Shown here: in pieces, positions 60,201 to 64,000 of the stretch
Layout of the letters: each line of letters begins with the position of its first letter
Position numbering within the stretch: position 1 is the stretch's first letter
Source of the DNA: the human T2T-CHM13v2.0 reference genome, Homo sapiens
Strand: one strand, 5' to 3'
Length of the DNA stretch: 64,000 bases
Assembly: GCF_009914755.1 (NCBI RefSeq)
Contig: NC_060933.1
Position numbers and translations under genes: made by a program
Notes under the pieces: generated by a model
Told to the model about the DNA's origin: nothing
Seen by the model: only the letters and a program-made list of their open reading frames with translations
Databases searched by the model: none

Positions 60201-62870
60201 AGTACAGCAGAAAGTCAATCAATTTTTTTTTTTAATGTTTACCTGTGGACCTTTCAGCAAACTATAACAGGACCTGATGCCACTGGATAGTTATAAACAG
60301 TGACACTTCAAGACAAAGTAGGATCTCCTCATATTCACTCCTCAAACATGCAGGGTCCCAAGGAAGCCATTCAGAGAGACCAACTTGACACAGTGAAAGC
60401 ATTTGTCAGAGTCCTTTTCTTCTTAAATAAAGATCTGTCTCATGATCTTCTCTAAGAAGTTGGAATATTGCTTATTTTCTAGGGCTGTTCTAACTTTATA
60501 AAGCAAAGAATATTCCATACTAGGGCAGTTCTTGATAGTTAAAAACCAACTAAGTTTCATCACTGTGCCTAGGAAGGACCAACTGAATTTCCTTGTGATT
60601 AGTTTTGTAATAGAAAGTCTGGGTTTAAGAGAATTCAGACTCTCAAGAGGTATTTGTAACCATTTATTGAGTGACAATTCAGAAAGCTTGGGAAATATGG
60701 AAACTTTATTGGGCAGTACGGTAACCATTAGCACAAATTTTTTTCCCACATAGAATAACACCATAAAATGTCCAATTACAATACAACAAAATTAAGAATA
60801 AAAACAAAAAGCAGTTGTATCTTCTTGACTGTAGAACAGGGGAGGTTTAATAAAGTCTCATTTTAATATATAGTTACCAACTATTTATAGACGTCCAATT
60901 AAAGGTGGTAGGTTGAACATAAGCATTTCCTTTCAGTCCTTCCTAACCCTCCACTAAAACATCAGTAAATATATATGTCTTTGAAAACGTAAACCTACAA
61001 AGACAAAGCAAAAAGAGAAGAGACAAACCATCACGTGGTTAAAGATAAAATGCAGATGGATAAAGCAATTGAATGCAGCAGACCTGAAAAAGTGAAATGC
61101 TAAACTGAGAGTGAGGAAAGGGGAAACAACAACTTGATTTACTCCAAAGAATCCTTAGTATTCTCAGGCATTGGTGATGCCAAGTAACTCTGGATGTGGG
61201 AGGTGAAGTAGAGCTTTAAAAAAAAAGAGGGTGAGTTGAAAGAATATGTAAGATGAAGGAAATCCCAAGGTTCTCTTCCCCGACGAGGGCTGTGGATGAG
61301 AGGTTTATTTTCTGGAGAAGTGAAACATAGGCTCTCTGGGCTGGGAAACAGCAGGGGATAAGGTTTCATACGAAACAGGGAGATTAAGTAAATGTTACTG
61401 ATACTGGGATTTGTCTAACAAAATGGCTTAATCATAGCACCATACAGTGAAATCCACAGTCCACAAGGCTTTACTATGAAGGCAAAACTTTCAATCAGCC
61501 TCTTAGTGCCCTCCTCTTTGATAGGAGCAGACTGTAAAGGATCACCAAACATTCAAGGACATTATCTGATATAAAAGGCAGAAATCAAAATAAGCTGACT
61601 AGAACAATCTGAAGGAAACAGAAAATATACAGGGAGAATGAAACTAAAATCAACAAAGAAACCTATTATTAATACTATTATGGACGTAAGAGAAGATATT
61701 ACAATTGTAGAATTGGAATGAAAGGCGATTTTTAAGAATAATTCAGAGGACAAGAAAACATGCAGAAGTTAAAATAGCAGAAATGAAACCTCAAAAGAAG
61801 ATTAGGAAAACAAAATGAAGAATCTCCTAGAAAACTAACAAAAATGATAAAAAGTAAATGAGAAAGTTAGATGACTATTCTATAAATTCCTATAGCTAAA
61901 TAACAGGAATTCTAAAAGAGAGAATAGAGACAATGAAATGTAGAAAATCATTAAATCAATTATTTAAGGTAATTCCCCAGAACTGAATACTGTAAGTTTC
62001 CAGATGGAATGAGGCTAGGCAGTGACCTAAAAATAGATTACTGCCATACCAAGGAGTATTATTGTAAAATTTCAAAAATATGGTGAATAAATGAAGAGCC
62101 AAATGCATTGCAGAGAGAAAAAAAATTAGATGTCATAGAAGAAAGAAGCAGCAGACTGGCTTTAGACCTCTCAACCCATTATTGGCCAGTAGAAAGTAAT
62201 AGAGCAATACTTTCAAAATTTTGAGGAAAAATGATTTTTGATTTAGGGGTCTATCAATTAATTAACCATAAAGATGAACTCTCAACCATAAAGGTAGAAT
62301 CAATTCATGTTGTGACAAGTAAAGTCTTAAAAATTTACCTTCCAAAAAGTTATTGAAGTTTGGAATATATGTACCCTGCAAGACAAGTGAGTAAACCCCA
62401 AGCAATGGCCATATGAGGTCCAAAAAACAAGAGATGTAACATAAGACATGGACAAATGCAGTGCCCTGAAAAAGGAGGAAGTAAACTCTCAAGATGAGTA
62501 CTATTTAATATATGCCAAATCTAGAAGGCAGCCAGTACAAGCAAGTTAATCAAAAGGCTTTTGGAGAGTTTCTTTAAACAGATGATATTGACTAGATACC
62601 CAAGGAGTTTGAACAGATTGAGAGATTTTTTCACTGGAGGAGTATTTGGGTAGAAGTGATGTGTTTAGAGATCTAAGCAAATTTTTTTAAAGATTATTAT
62701 CTTCAGGAAAAATAAGCAAAGAACAAAATAACACCAAGATATAAAAAATATACCTTGTGTAAAAGTATAAGAGTAATTATACTACGTGGTTCAACTATGC
62801 ATAACATTTACATAGTCATAATAATGTAAGTAATGGGTACTGATCTAGCAAAAATTATGACATTATTCTA

Positions 62871-63298
<428 letters not shown>

Positions 63299-63537
63299 CT
63301 AATTACTTAAAGATATGAAGATAAATAGCAAAATAATAAAGAATTTAAAGTGTTTCTGGAGAGTGGGAATTTGGGGAAAAGGGTTGGTTGGAGGGCTTGT
63401 TATTTTTCCTAACATGAAACTACTTACTTTACTTACTTGCCTTTAAATCATGCGTATGTTCAGTTTTAAAACATTAATTAAAATAATTTACCAACAGATT
63501 TGTTAATGCCAAATTTATGACAAAGACTGTCTCAAAT

Positions 63538-63839
63538 TTTTTCTTTTTTTTTTTTTTAAGACAGACTCTTACTTTGTAGCCCAAGCTGGAGTGCAGTGGC
63601 GTGATTTCAGCTAACTGCAACCTCCACTTCCTGGGTTCAAGGGATTCTCCTGCCTCAGCCTCCTGAGTAGCTGGGATTACAGGCATGCACCATCCCACTC
63701 AGCTAATTTTTGTATTTTTAGTAGAGATGGGATTTTGCCATGTTGGCCAGGCTGGTCTCGAACTCCTGACCTAAAGCCATCCATCCATCTTGGCCTCCCA
63801 AAGCGCTAGGATTACAGGCGTCAGCCACTATGCCCAGCC
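63538..63839 (-). mobile_element. AluS
   Basis: Full antisense Alu; short TSD-like caaattt. Confidence 0.95.
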
Positions 63840-64000
63840 CCAAATTTGCTTTAAAATCTTAAATCTGTTTGAATTTGGCAGTAAATATTGTCTTTGATTT
63901 CTACATTGTCATATGTTGCCTTAAATTTTGTTTTAGTAGTTTTAATAGATTTTTGTCATCACTACTAAGGTTACTTGATTAATAATGAAGTTATGCTCCT

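Overview
Primate (human-like, AluY-bearing) AT-rich, gene-poor genomic DNA, either intergenic or deep intronic. I find no cellular protein-coding exon, RNA gene, CpG island or prokaryotic-type system, and every ORF with recognisable homology is L1, Alu or THE1 derived. About half the window is transposable element. It holds a two-LTR THE1 MaLR provirus split by an AluY, several solo LTRs, two long convergent L1PA elements (L1PA8-like on +, L1PA5/6-like on -), an L1PB fragment and a near-complete HAL1. It also holds about ten Alus and many MIR, L2, hAT and Tigger relics. Subfamily names come from recalled consensus sequences, not a search. I found no evidence of a wholly new biological system. 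The strongest signals are: (1) a TE-poor island with a very dense MEIS/TALE (TGACA) motif cluster at about 25.1-25.5 kb, a candidate developmental enhancer; (2) an 87-bp TSD-flanked retro-insertion of an internal L1 ORF2 segment with its own poly(A) tail; (3) templated fold-back insertions inside L1s, one of which creates a pair of inverted octamer motifs.
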